Shown here: one piece after another, positions 24,115 through 24,551 of the stretch
Position numbering within the stretch: position 1 is the stretch's first letter
Layout: each line of letters opens with the position of its first letter
DNA from: a virus
Taxonomy: Duplodnaviria > Caudoviricetes
DNA: 24,551 nt
Strand: one strand, 5' to 3'
IMG/VR virus record: IMGVR_UViG_3300037479_000356
Coordinates: 1-24,551 of that record
Notes under the pieces: generated by a model
Database searches by the model: none
What the model was told of the DNA's origin: nothing
Seen by the model: only the letters and a program-made list of their open reading frames with translations
Translations under genes and position numbers: made by a program

Positions 24115-24443
24115 CAGTCCTCCAGTTTCGCGATAGCTTCGAGAATTTCGAAGCGGTTAATGGAAATCCACTCGGTTAGGTCAGCGCCGTTCACCTCTCC
24201 GTGCTCGTCACAGAAGCCGGGGAACGCTTGGAAGAGCCCGGCCCAACAAGTGAGCAGAGTCTTCACGCCCGGATACCGTCTGTCAGCACGATTTATTTTG
24301 GGCTCGACCATGGCGATGATTTGGCCGACGCGACTTGCCGAGATGCCGAACCGTTTGGCCGTCTCTTCGTAGGTCGCGCCGCCCTTCACCATTTCGACAA
24401 CACGTTTCCGCTGTTGAGGGGAAATTTTTCTCCAATTACTCAT
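24114..24443 (-). CDS. Helix-turn-helix DNA-binding protein
   Basis: G.TYEETAKRFGISASRVGQI HTH; AAGGAG SD. Confidence 0.8.
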   Translation of the reverse strand: MSNWRKISPQQRKRVVEMVKGGATYEETAKRFGISASRVGQIIAMVEPKINRADRRYPGVKTLLTCWAGLFQAFPGFCDEHGEVNGADLTEWISINRFEILEAIAKLED

Positions 24444-24458
24444 TGGGAACTCCTTCTC

Positions 24459-24503
24459 AAAAAAGTCGGGGCGGCCAGCCCAATGCCAGCCGCCCCTTTG
24501 TTT
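24459..24503. terminator. Bidirectional intrinsic terminator-like hairpin
   Basis: AAAAAA..GGGGCGGC..GCCGCCCC-TTTGTTT. Confidence 0.55.
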
Positions 24504-24551
24504 GTCTACTTACGCACTACCTTCTTTGCTTTGCTGCCAGTCAAGAGCTTC

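Overview
A 24.5 kb fragment of a tailed-phage-like (or phage-plasmid/prophage) genome, starting with a probable poly-C sequencing artefact. Most genes are on the minus strand. The window holds: (i) a small-RNA cluster with a tRNA-Cys(GCA) inside an ORF and a non-canonical tRNA-like element; (ii) a DNA-metabolism module (VRR-NUC nuclease, DEDDh exonuclease, SSB-like protein, SNF2 helicase split in Walker A by an HNH-carrying intein) with an embedded Acb2/Tad1-like + RyR-domain pair; (iii) fibre/virion-like beta-rich proteins, several unexpectedly carrying Sec-type signal peptides, interleaved with a glycosyltransferase-like gene and a GH24 lysozyme, with several genes apparently on leaderless promoters; (iv) many small accessory ORFs including a Gly-Tyr/Gly-Asp repeat protein; (v) a P4/D5-type primase-helicase followed directly by an iteron-rich, AT-cored putative origin. 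A polar GGGGGATGGGG(G) motif recurs at gene boundaries. No integrase, terminase, major capsid protein or DNA polymerase is recognisable here. All family assignments come from motif recognition by eye, not database searches.
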